In this document: positions 51,120 through 59,622 of the stretch, one piece after another | Position numbering within the stretch: the first letter of the stretch is position 1 | Layout of the letters: each line of letters starts with the position of its first letter | Origin: an uncultured Chloroflexia bacterium | GTDB taxonomy: Bacteria > Chloroflexota > Anaerolineae > B4-G1 > SLSP01 | Length of the DNA stretch: 64,000 nucleotides | Assembly (NCBI GenBank): GCA_963751345.1 | Contig: CAVVUS010000011.1 | Span: forward strand, 256,001 to 320,000 | Direction of reading: 5' to 3' | The notes under the pieces: generated by a model | The model's database searches: none | What the model saw: only the letters and a program-made list of their open reading frames with translations | Told to the model about the DNA's origin: nothing | Position numbers and translations under genes: made by a program

Positions 51120-52805
51120 CTAATTCAAATTGATCATTGCGCCCTTGATATTCATCTGTCCGCCCGCCTGAAGGTCCATATTCGCGCCGGACTCGATCTT
51201 CAAGCTGCCGTTGGCCTTGACCGACACCTCGCTGCCCTCGAGCGTGACCTTGCCGCCGCTGTCGGCCAGTGTGAAGACGATGCCACCGCTGGTCGTGATC
51301 TTCACCTCGCGGTTGGCGTCATCCAGGATGAGTTGGTGGCCGCCCTGCGTGACGATCTCGATCTTGTTGTCGGCGTTGTCGTAGACGGTGATGTGGTGCC
51401 CGGACCGCGACCGCCAAGTGCGCACCTGCGGTCGCTCCCCACCGCTCGACGGCACCTCGGGGGGCGGGGCGTCCTGTCCGTTCCAGAGCCCCCCGAGGAC
51501 GAAGGGCCTGCGAAAATCCCCGTGGTCGAAGATGACCAGTACCTCGTCGTCGACCTCCGGCATCACGTAGAGGCCGGCCTCGGGGCCCGCCCCAATGCCC
51601 ACCACGCGCGCCCAGTCGCTCTCAGCATCCTGTGTCATCCATGGGAACTTGACCTTGACCCGCCCACGGTGGTCGGGATCCTCGGTGTTCGTCACTATCC
51701 CGATGGCGGCACCGGGATAGCGCTCCTCGACGCTCCGCACGCCCAGGTCCTCGATCAACTGCCCGGTGCGCGCTCCTCTGACGGTGAAAGTCGTCTTGAG
51801 TCCCTCGGCCGTGTAGCTGTGGCGGGCGCTTGTGACCAGATAGGTGCCGCTGAAGCGGTCGCCCAATGCCTCGAGTGTGATCGTCTTGCCCGCCCGGATA
51901 TCCGGGCGGCGAAGCGCGAGGCCCTCCGCCTGGACGAAGGCGCCGCTGAGCTCGTTGAGCCGCGCCTTGGCGAGGGTGTCCGCCTCGGCCTGGCTGGCGA
52001 CGTTCTGCCCCAGCACGATACGCTTCCCGCTGCCGAAGGATTGGGCCCAGGAGGCGCCGTCTTGCGACTCCTCGATGTCAGGATAGAGCGCCCCACGCTG
52101 CGCGCGGCCGACGATCGGGTCTTTCCGCTCAACCGACCACCCGCGCACGACCACCTCATCCACCTGCTCGGCAAGGTTCATCCACGGGTGGAAGGATAGC
52201 AGGTCCTCCCCCCAGCTGAGGGGGCTTCCCCCTCCCGAGGCAGAAGAGGGCTTCTTGAAGATCAGCTTACCGTCGTCGACGTAGCACTCGTACCCGATCC
52301 GCCAGGCGCGCTCCTGGAGAAAGGCGAGGTCGGACTGGTTGTGCTGAAATATATGGTCATAGACCGTCGGCGTTGGATCGACCTCGGCCTGCAGCCCGGC
52401 GGCCCCGGCGATCTCGCCGGCCAGGTCGCTGTCCTTCTTGTTGAGGTGTGCCCGGCTCTTCTGCTCCCGATACAGGCGGTGTGATTTGTCGTAGCCGCGC
52501 GCCACCAGCCGTGCGATCATGCCCTCCTGAAACGCGGGCTCCAGCGCCGTGATCTCACCCTTGATGAGGATGACCCACTCGCCACCGGCCGTCTGCGCCG
52601 AGATCTCGACCTCCTTGGTCAGGTCAAAGAGTCCTTCGTCGATCAACTCGAAGTCGGGGTCTTGGAGCAGCACCGAGAAGGTGCCGGGCAGGTGGACGTG
52701 CTGGTCGACGTCGACGGAGAGGACGTGCCCCATGGTGTCGGGCTCGACCTCCGTCCCGTTGACCTTGATCTTGATCTGACTGGCCAGTGCAGACGGTTCA
52801 GGCAT
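51120..52805 (-). CDS. vgrG: VgrG-like spike (gp27 hub + gp5 OB fold + short beta-helix; Afp8-like)
   Basis: QHNQSDLAFL, FSGTYLVT, DPDHRGRVKVKFPW, WARV, PEVDDEVLV..PFVLGGLWNG. Confidence 0.9.
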   Translation of the reverse strand: MPEPSALASQIKIKVNGTEVEPDTMGHVLSVDVDQHVHLPGTFSVLLQDPDFELIDEGLFDLTKEVEISAQTAGGEWVILIKGEITALEPAFQEGMIARLVARGYDKSHRLYREQKSRAHLNKKDSDLAGEIAGAAGLQAEVDPTPTVYDHIFQHNQSDLAFLQERAWRIGYECYVDDGKLIFKKPSSASGGGSPLSWGEDLLSFHPWMNLAEQVDEVVVRGWSVERKDPIVGRAQRGALYPDIEESQDGASWAQSFGSGKRIVLGQNVASQAEADTLAKARLNELSGAFVQAEGLALRRPDIRAGKTITLEALGDRFSGTYLVTSARHSYTAEGLKTTFTVRGARTGQLIEDLGVRSVEERYPGAAIGIVTNTEDPDHRGRVKVKFPWMTQDAESDWARVVGIGAGPEAGLYVMPEVDDEVLVIFDHGDFRRPFVLGGLWNGQDAPPPEVPSSGGERPQVRTWRSRSGHHITVYDNADNKIEIVTQGGHQLILDDANREVKITTSGGIVFTLADSGGKVTLEGSEVSVKANGSLKIESGANMDLQAGGQMNIKGAMINLN

Positions 52806-52948
52806 TACGACAAGACCTCCGGAGACGTGTTTCCGAGGACGGGCCACCATCCATCCTCTCCGACAGCTGGTCCCACGATGATGCGCCATCGGGGGTGGCC
52901 CACCGACCTGCCTCTACGACGACGTGGCGTCAGCATCGTGTCACGACC

Positions 52949-53626
52949 TCAAATTGCCGGGATGATGAGCTGCTGACCCGCGCGCAGTGCCAGCGGGTCG
53001 GTCAGATGGTTATAGTCGGCGATGACGCGCCAGCGGGTGGCGTCGCCGTAGACCTCGTGGGCGATGGTGTCGAGCCGGTCGCCGGCGATGACGCGCCAGA
53101 CGCGCTCGATATCCCCGCCGCCCGACGTCGGATTCTGGCTGGGATAGTCCTCCAGATCCTTGTGCTGTGTGAACGTCACGTCTACCTTGGCGCGTACCGG
53201 TGTGCCATCAGGTTTGAAGAGCGTGAACTTCTGGGTCATGTTGGTGATGACGGCCACAAAGCGGAAGACACCCCACTCGAATGCGACCTCGGGTGGGGGC
53301 ACCTTGCGATTCCGGTTGCCCTCGCGCCGGGTCTTGGACTCCATGAGCTTCCAGAGCCGATTGGTCTGCAGGCTGACGTCCTCGTCGCTCTCGTAGGTGT
53401 CGAAGACCAGGCTCAGCTTCAGTGTCTGGGGCCCGGCCTTCTCGAACTCGAAGCTCGGGACATCCGAGCGGTTCTGCCGCTCCTCTTTGTATGAGTTCCG
53501 CTTGGTCACGGTGTACTCGAAGGGGTTGAACATACAGCCCACCGAGACACCGCCACCCTTCTCCTCCCCGGACTCGTCGACCTCGTAGATGCGGGCAGCC
53601 TGCAGGCTACTGCGTGTTTCGGGCAT
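52949..53626 (-). CDS. CIS tube initiator with C-terminal LysM (Afp7-like)
   Basis: FNPFEY, LVFDTYE, PPEVAFEWG, LFKPDGTPVRA; LysM GDRLDTIA..YGDATRWRVIADYN. Confidence 0.9.
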   Translation of the reverse strand: MPETRSSLQAARIYEVDESGEEKGGGVSVGCMFNPFEYTVTKRNSYKEERQNRSDVPSFEFEKAGPQTLKLSLVFDTYESDEDVSLQTNRLWKLMESKTRREGNRNRKVPPPEVAFEWGVFRFVAVITNMTQKFTLFKPDGTPVRAKVDVTFTQHKDLEDYPSQNPTSGGGDIERVWRVIAGDRLDTIAHEVYGDATRWRVIADYNHLTDPLALRAGQQLIIPAI

Positions 53627-55578
53627 CAGGACCTCCTCTGCGAGCGCTCACGCTCCATCGCCAGACGGTGCTTGACCTCGTCGTAGACCCTGCGGGCAAG
53701 CTCGTCGAGATCGACGGCGGGTGACGCCTCTTCTGGATTCTGTGGCTCCGCTCCGAGGTCCGCCGGCGGCTCAGCCGCCGATTCGGTCGCGTCCGGCACA
53801 GGCGCTTCCTGCGGCGCCGGGAGGGATTCCTCCTCCGCCGGTCGCTCGGCCACGATCCGTTGGATGACCGCGGGCCCGCGTGCTGGGGCCGTCGGCACGG
53901 TGGTCTGACGGGGCGCCGGGGGCATCTGCGGTTGGGCCTCAGATGCTGTCTGGACACCGCGTGTCTGCCCACGCGCCTCTGCGTTCTGGGGCACCGGTTC
54001 CCCAATCAGGCTCCAGAGATCCGCGGGCAGAGGACCGATGGGCGTCTCGATGAACGGGATCTCCGCTCCAGGCCGCAGCTCAGCGCCCTCGCTCCGGGCT
54101 TCCGTAGCTTCGGCGGCGGGCGGTGCCGTGCGACGGACTTGGCGCTGGGCCGGACGCTCGGCGGGTGCAGGCCGAGGCCCGCGCGGTGCGAGGGTCTCGA
54201 TGGTGGAGCGGGTGCGCCTGCCTGCCGCTATCTGTGCCAGCATTCTCCCCACGGGCTCGGGTGCGGCGACGGTCGTGACCGGTACACCGCCCGGCACCTG
54301 TCGACCTGCCGATGGGCTTGTGTCCTCGTGGAGGACGACGGGCTCGGCAGTGGTTGGTCCCCGGACCTCACGCTCGACCGCAGACGCAGTGGAACTCCGA
54401 CGCGGCCTCGGCGACAGCCCCTGCGGCGTGCGCTCGACGCCCCAGGCCTGCTGTAAGGGGAGCGGCTGCGTGGGCCTTTCACCGGGCGCGGACTCTGCTT
54501 CAGGGACGGTCTCTTCGCGACCCGGCACTGCCTCTGGCGCAGGGGCTTCGTCCGGACGCAGGGCCTCAACACTCATCGGTTCGAAGGCCCCGGCAGGCTC
54601 TGGTGGGCGCAGGTCAACGCGAGCGGCTTGCCGCACCACCGGCGAAGGTGCTCTCCGCTCGTCCGGCGCCGTCGGCCCGGATTGGGTGGCCCTTTCGTGA
54701 GACTCCTCTCCCATCGGTTGCCGCGCCTGCTCCGGCGCAGTCACGTCCGAACGAGCTGCTGTGTCGACGCGCGCAGGCGCCATAGGCGCGCGCTGAACCG
54801 TTGGCATGCCGCCCGCGTCTTCGACCCGGCTGTCTTCCCGTTCGCTGATGTTGGCTGGACGGGGGGACCCCGGTGCTTGTGCTCTCGATCGCTCGCGGCC
54901 CGGCCCCTCCGTGGGGCTATCCTGCGTTTCGGCTGCGCGCGTCTGCGGGACGCGTGAGATCGCGGCCTTGGCCGTACCCTCTGCTAGGTTTCCCGATCCG
55001 CGGCCTATCGCCTCCCGGGGCGAGCTTGCGAGGGGCAGAGAGGATGCCTCGGACTCCACGTTCGTCCCGGCTTCCGACCCGACCGTGGGCTGCGCCTCTT
55101 TCCCCTGGTGCCGCTGGAAGATCGTCTGGAGCCGGTGCCATACGGTGTCCGTGATCGGCGCGTCAGACCCGGCTGGCGCGTCTCCCGGTCCCTCGGCGGC
55201 CGCAACTGCGGCCTGCACTGCCGCGCGGCGCGCCACGGTAGGTTGGGCAGGGCGTGAGGTGGGAGCACGTTCCGGCATCTCGGGTGACAGGCCCGCGCCA
55301 GCGACATCCCGCAGCGGTGGTCCGGGCAGCGTTGGGGAGACCGTCGGCCTGGTTTCGGCCGGCATTGCGCTGGCGACCGGCGTTGGCTCGCCGACGATCC
55401 GCGCCGATGGGCTGACAGGCTCACCGTCCCTCACCGGTACCGCGACGACCGTCTCCGTTGGCCTGCGCGGGATCTCGACCGGCGTCGAGGCCGCCCTGAA
55501 GAGTGTGGCGACCGACCGGTGGCGCATCACGCGGCGCACCAGTAAATCACTCAATCCCAGCGTCGGTCTGAATGCCAT
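53626..55578 (-). CDS. Pro/Ala/Glu-rich, largely disordered CIS-associated protein
   Basis: ~650 aa low-complexity ORF, TGATG-coupled to the Afp7-like gene; TPIGPLPADLW and C-terminal DLDELARRVYDEVKHRLAMERER motifs. Confidence 0.7.
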   Translation of the reverse strand: MAFRPTLGLSDLLVRRVMRHRSVATLFRAASTPVEIPRRPTETVVAVPVRDGEPVSPSARIVGEPTPVASAMPAETRPTVSPTLPGPPLRDVAGAGLSPEMPERAPTSRPAQPTVARRAAVQAAVAAAEGPGDAPAGSDAPITDTVWHRLQTIFQRHQGKEAQPTVGSEAGTNVESEASSLPLASSPREAIGRGSGNLAEGTAKAAISRVPQTRAAETQDSPTEGPGRERSRAQAPGSPRPANISEREDSRVEDAGGMPTVQRAPMAPARVDTAARSDVTAPEQARQPMGEESHERATQSGPTAPDERRAPSPVVRQAARVDLRPPEPAGAFEPMSVEALRPDEAPAPEAVPGREETVPEAESAPGERPTQPLPLQQAWGVERTPQGLSPRPRRSSTASAVEREVRGPTTAEPVVLHEDTSPSAGRQVPGGVPVTTVAAPEPVGRMLAQIAAGRRTRSTIETLAPRGPRPAPAERPAQRQVRRTAPPAAEATEARSEGAELRPGAEIPFIETPIGPLPADLWSLIGEPVPQNAEARGQTRGVQTASEAQPQMPPAPRQTTVPTAPARGPAVIQRIVAERPAEEESLPAPQEAPVPDATESAAEPPADLGAEPQNPEEASPAVDLDELARRVYDEVKHRLAMERERSQRRS

Positions 55579-55658
55579 CAGACGTCTATCTCCCCTTGCT
55601 ACGCATAGCAACCACTATCTAGGCCGGCGGACGCTCGTGCCACTGCTTGGCCCGTCGC

Positions 55659-56074
55659 CTATTCATACGACACGGTGACCTCGCCGCATGCCATCTCCAG
55701 TGTCTCTATCGCGACGCTGTTGGCGTCGGATTGGAGCTGCGGACCCTTCCAGCTCGTGGGGAAGGCATCATTGACGTGCCAGATCATCACGGGCTCTTTC
55801 TCCTCGTTTAGGAGCGTGATCGTGAGGGTCTTCCGCGTCGGCGGGCCTTGCATGCACGCCATGTACCAGTCCACCAGCGCCCTCCTGCCGACCCCATTCT
55901 TCAGGCTCAACTTGGCCGCTTTGCGCTGGCCCGGCAGTTGATGCACGTAGGTGTTGAGCCCCCCTCCTTCACGGACTCGACATCCCACTCAACCACCGGT
56001 AGGACCGTCTCCGTGAACGCAGCCTGGGGCTCGCCGTCCACTGCCACGATGAAGCGAAATGACGGTATTGGCAA
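55659..56074 (-). CDS. Second tail tube protein (T4 gp19-like, Afp5-like); frameshift in a G-run at ~55960
   Basis: FRFIVAVDG..FTE..VKEGG|LNTYVHQLPG..LKNGV..W..AFPTSWKGP..AIETLE; one extra G restores the frame. Confidence 0.82.
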
Positions 56075-56079
56075 AGCCT

Positions 56080-56283
56080 CTATCCTCTCGATCGTTCCCG
56101 TTCGCCGGCGATGTCTTGCTTCAGCAGCGCGTAGACGCGATCTGCCACTTGGCGGACCAACTCGTCAGTCATGGGCACCCGCGACGCCCCAGGCGTAACG
56201 GCGCGCTGCGGCGAAGGCCGATCGCTGACCGGTGGCGCAACAGCACGTACCTCCTGCTGGTCTTCCACATCGCCCTCTGCCAT
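56080..56283 (-). CDS. Small CIS-associated hypothetical protein
   Basis: 67 aa ORF in the operon; ends with DELVRQVADRVYALLKQDIAGERER, similar to the C-terminus of 53626..55578. Confidence 0.6.
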   Translation of the reverse strand: MAEGDVEDQQEVRAVAPPVSDRPSPQRAVTPGASRVPMTDELVRQVADRVYALLKQDIAGERERSRG

Positions 56284-56292
56284 CCCTGCCCC

Positions 56293-56688
56293 CTATCTCC
56301 TCGTCCCCTGCTCACCTTGCGTTCCATCGCCCTCGTCCACCCGCGCAGGTGCTACCTTGAACTGGAGCTCCGAACTGCAGTGCGGACAGACCGTTCGCAC
56401 GACCATGCCGTCGTAGCTGTTCAGCCGTAGGTAGACGTCCTCCAGGTAGGCGAGGTCGGCAGCATAGAGCTGTTCCACGATCGCGGGCGTCACGTGCGGC
56501 AGCGTTCCGAGCTGCGTAATCACCCGGCTGAGCAAGATGATGGGTAGATAGGCCTCGTTTGCCTGCACCCGCGGATGGGCCACGGACTCGATCTCATCCA
56601 AGGCCGTGGCCATCCGCATCCGCCCAACGCGGTGGGTCTGCCCGTCACCGTTGCTGTAGCCATAAGGCAGGGTGAACTCGAAGTCCAT
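56293..56688 (-). CDS. CIS tail assembly chaperone-like protein
   Basis: FEFTLPYGY..GRMRMATALDEI..LLSRVITQLG..ADLAYL..CPHC; located right after the tube gene. Confidence 0.75.
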   Translation of the reverse strand: MDFEFTLPYGYSNGDGQTHRVGRMRMATALDEIESVAHPRVQANEAYLPIILLSRVITQLGTLPHVTPAIVEQLYAADLAYLEDVYLRLNSYDGMVVRTVCPHCSSELQFKVAPARVDEGDGTQGEQGTRR

Positions 56689-56692
56689 AGGT

Positions 56693-57139
56693 TCAGATCT
56701 CGACGCGGCTTATGTACTCGTGCGCGATGGTGAGTTCCTCTACCCCGATCTCGTTGCTATCGGACTTGGGCTGCGGCCCGGTCACCTTGACCGGCCAGGC
56801 GCGTCTGAACTCCCAGCGGGCCACGGGGTTCAGCTCCTCGTCGAACATCGTGATGGAGCCGTCGTGCCGGGCTTCCTCGACCCGCCCATCCTCCACCATC
56901 TTGCGCCAGTCCCAGATGTCCATGCTGCTGGTGATCCCGCGTTTCAGCGTGATGTTCTCCCACTTGAGCCGTCCCGGTATTTTCATGACCACTTCCTGGC
57001 CCTGGTCGGTGACGACTTTGTGCTCGATCACCTCGTGCTCGGATCCAAGTCCGCTGCACTCCGTGAAGTAGCCCTTCACGACTTCCTGAACTTCAACGGC
57101 AAAGTGAAACCCTACAAGGGGATCCTCGCGGTCAGGCAT
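56693..57139 (-). CDS. Tail tube protein (T4 gp19-like, Afp1-like)
   Basis: DPLVGFHFAVE, FTECSGL, KIPGRLKWENITLKRG, AWPVK, EELTIAHE. Confidence 0.93.
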   Translation of the reverse strand: MPDREDPLVGFHFAVEVQEVVKGYFTECSGLGSEHEVIEHKVVTDQGQEVVMKIPGRLKWENITLKRGITSSMDIWDWRKMVEDGRVEEARHDGSITMFDEELNPVARWEFRRAWPVKVTGPQPKSDSNEIGVEELTIAHEYISRVEI

Positions 57140-57167
57140 TGCATTCTCCTTTCATTCCTCTCATTCC

Positions 57168-58697
57168 TCAGGCTTCGGCGTTGGCGCCGGCCCATTGGCT
57201 GATGCGGAAGATCACGAACTCGGCCGGCTTCACGGGAGCCATGCCAACCTCGATGATCAGTTGGCCCAGGTCCCGGATTTCCGGTGGGTTGAGCTCGTCA
57301 TCGCACTTGACGTAGAAGGCTTCGTCCGGCGTGCTTCCGAAAAGCGCTCCGCTGAGCCATACGGTGCGGAGGAACGAGATGACGTCCCGGCGCACGCGTG
57401 CCCAAAGCATCCGGTCGTTCGGCTCGAAGACGACCCACTGCAGCCCGACGTCGATCGATGCCTCGGCCATGATGAAGAGCCGCCTGACGTTGATGTAACG
57501 CCAGGAGCCGTCGCTGCTCAGCGTACGACCGCCCCACACGCGGATGCCGCGGCCGGGGAAGGTTCGGATGCAGTTCACGCCGATCGGGTTGAGGCTATCC
57601 TGTTCGCCCTTGCTGAGACGGAGCTCCAGGTCGATGGCCCCGCGGACGACCTCGTTCGCAGGTGCCTTGTGCACGCCGCGATCGGCGTCGGTGCGGTTGT
57701 AGATTCCTGCCATATGCCCGCTTGGCGGAAGGAGTTTGCTGGTGCTCCCGCCGCCGCTCAAGTCGGCCGCACGAATCCAGGGATAGTAGAGCGCCGCGTA
57801 CGAGGTGTCGAAGTTGACGTACTCCCGCCATTCCTGAGCCTGCTGGGCGTTGAGGCCCGGCGGCGTGTCGAGAATGGCAAAACGGTACTTGAGCGCCTCG
57901 CAGTGGGCGATCATCGCCGTCTGCACCATCTTCACCCGCTCCCTGGCCGCGGCTGATCCATCGTATCCGGCCATCACGTCGGGCGCGACCAGGATGCGGA
58001 CCTCATCGATGGCTTCGAGACCCGCGATCCCCGTGCGTTCGGCGGCATCGCCGGCGAAGTCGTCGACGGTCAGCGGCGGGATGCCGCCCCCCGTCAGCTC
58101 ATACGTGCCCTCGGTGGGTGTGGCGGTGGCGGTGCCCACGTCGGTGAGCTCGACGGTAGAGAAGGTGGCATCGCCGACGAAGTTCGCCTCACCCTTCTTC
58201 ATCGTGAGACCGGCCTTCGTCTCATCGCCCACGGTCACGGAGAAGGTATCCTCCTCGCCGGCCTTGATGGTCACGCTGAGATTGGACGGCCCCGTCGTCT
58301 TGGCGACGACCTTGAAAGCGTTACCGCGTCCCTTCGCCGGCACGGTCGCCGCTGCCGATTCGGCCTCGGCGCCGCCCTCCCTGAGCGCGCGGACGCTGAC
58401 GACGTAGCAACTGCCGCCACCGTTGGTAAAGTAGCCATAGACGGCGTCAGGCAGATAGGCCCCGGCGATGAAATCGCCGAAGATACTGACATACTGGGTC
58501 CAACTCGTCACAAGCGTGGGTTGGTTGAGCACCGACTGAATTGGCACGCGCTCACCCGTGGCGGGATCCACCTGCTTCCTACTGGCTTCTGCCGTGATGC
58601 CCACAAAAGCCGTCATCGACGTGCCTGCGGCTTCAATGGGCTTTGTACCCCGATCGACCTCTTCGATATACACACCGGGAGATTTGTACTCAGGCAT
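57168..58697 (-). CDS. Tail sheath protein (Afp2-4-like)
   Basis: YKSPGVYIEE, YAALYYPW, PPSGHMAG, GVHKAPAN, LNPIGVNCIR, WRYINVRR, VFEPND, PVKPAEFV. Confidence 0.96.
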   Translation of the reverse strand: MPEYKSPGVYIEEVDRGTKPIEAAGTSMTAFVGITAEASRKQVDPATGERVPIQSVLNQPTLVTSWTQYVSIFGDFIAGAYLPDAVYGYFTNGGGSCYVVSVRALREGGAEAESAAATVPAKGRGNAFKVVAKTTGPSNLSVTIKAGEEDTFSVTVGDETKAGLTMKKGEANFVGDATFSTVELTDVGTATATPTEGTYELTGGGIPPLTVDDFAGDAAERTGIAGLEAIDEVRILVAPDVMAGYDGSAAARERVKMVQTAMIAHCEALKYRFAILDTPPGLNAQQAQEWREYVNFDTSYAALYYPWIRAADLSGGGSTSKLLPPSGHMAGIYNRTDADRGVHKAPANEVVRGAIDLELRLSKGEQDSLNPIGVNCIRTFPGRGIRVWGGRTLSSDGSWRYINVRRLFIMAEASIDVGLQWVVFEPNDRMLWARVRRDVISFLRTVWLSGALFGSTPDEAFYVKCDDELNPPEIRDLGQLIIEVGMAPVKPAEFVIFRISQWAGANAEA

Positions 58698-58749
58698 CGC
58701 TGTGACACTCCTTTCTTGGTGTAGCCCTCATGCTCTTAGGTTTCCCTGC

Positions 58750-59605
58750 TCAGACCTCAATGTCGTAGTCTCCGTCTTCGGCCGGAATCTCGATCTCTTT
58801 CTGTCGTGGTTTCTCCTCTGTGGCCCACGCAACCAACGTGTAGCGTCCGGGGGGCACACTTCCCAGGACGAACCGTCCACGGTCATCGGTTGTTGCCATA
58901 TAGCCGGTTCCCTTGATCGCCACCTCTACACCTGATTGCGGGGTCTTGTCCGTGCCGCTGCGCACGACGCCTGCGATGAGTACCAGGTCGGTGCGTCTCG
59001 CATCGGGCACGAGCCCGATCTCGTAGGGCAGGTTCTGCGCCTGACCCAGGCGCAGAATCCGCGTGCGCACCAGCGGACCCGTGATGACCTCCCAGGGATC
59101 CAGGGCCAGCGTGACGACGTAGGGCACGCTGGGGCGCATCTCATTATCCAGGACGTTCCACAGGTCCGACGGATCGGTCAGCACGTCGTGCTGGGCCAGT
59201 TTGGCCTGGATGTCGAAGGGTGGATTCTGCAGCGCGCCGATCAGCCGGTCGGCGGGAAGGATGGGGAAGCGGAAGAGGGTCAGCATCAGTGCGCGTGAGC
59301 AGCCGGTGTTCGTCCTCCGGGTCGGCGGCCCAGGTCGACAGCATATAGGAGCAGTCGACCCGCATCGGCGAACGCTTGAGCTTTGCGAGCTCCTGCTGGC
59401 CTCCGTTGTTCAGCCGTTCCCACTGGTGCTGCCGCAGGACGTTGTTCTCGCGGACGTCGTAAAGGAAGACGTTGACCGTCGGCTTCGATAGGCGCGAGCT
59501 CCACTCGCGCGCGGGCTGGTCGAAGCTGATGTCGATCTCCCCGTTCTTCACCGGAAGCTCGGCGATCAAGAGCTGCCGTAGGGTCTCGTCCAAATCTGCT
59601 ATCAT
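58750..59605 (-). CDS. Pvc16/Afp16 (DUF4255) tail cap fused to a carboxypeptidase-regulatory-like Ig domain; frameshift at ~59290
   Basis: DLDETLRQLL..FDQP..VNVFLYDVREN..YMLSTW..EDEHRLL; second ORF with DLWNVL..RPSVPYVVT and ATTDDRGRF..PPGRYTL. Confidence 0.85.
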
Positions 59606-59622
59606 CAGGTCCTATCCAATTC

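Noticed and set aside
51091-51123. Heptamer-like AGCTATC/TCAGCTA repeats after vgrG
   Set aside because: Short, degenerate intergenic microrepeats with no supportable function.
55955-55970. Phase variation or programmed frameshift at the G-run in the second tube gene
   Set aside because: The run is only 6 G and cannot be distinguished from the many other apparent sequencing indels.
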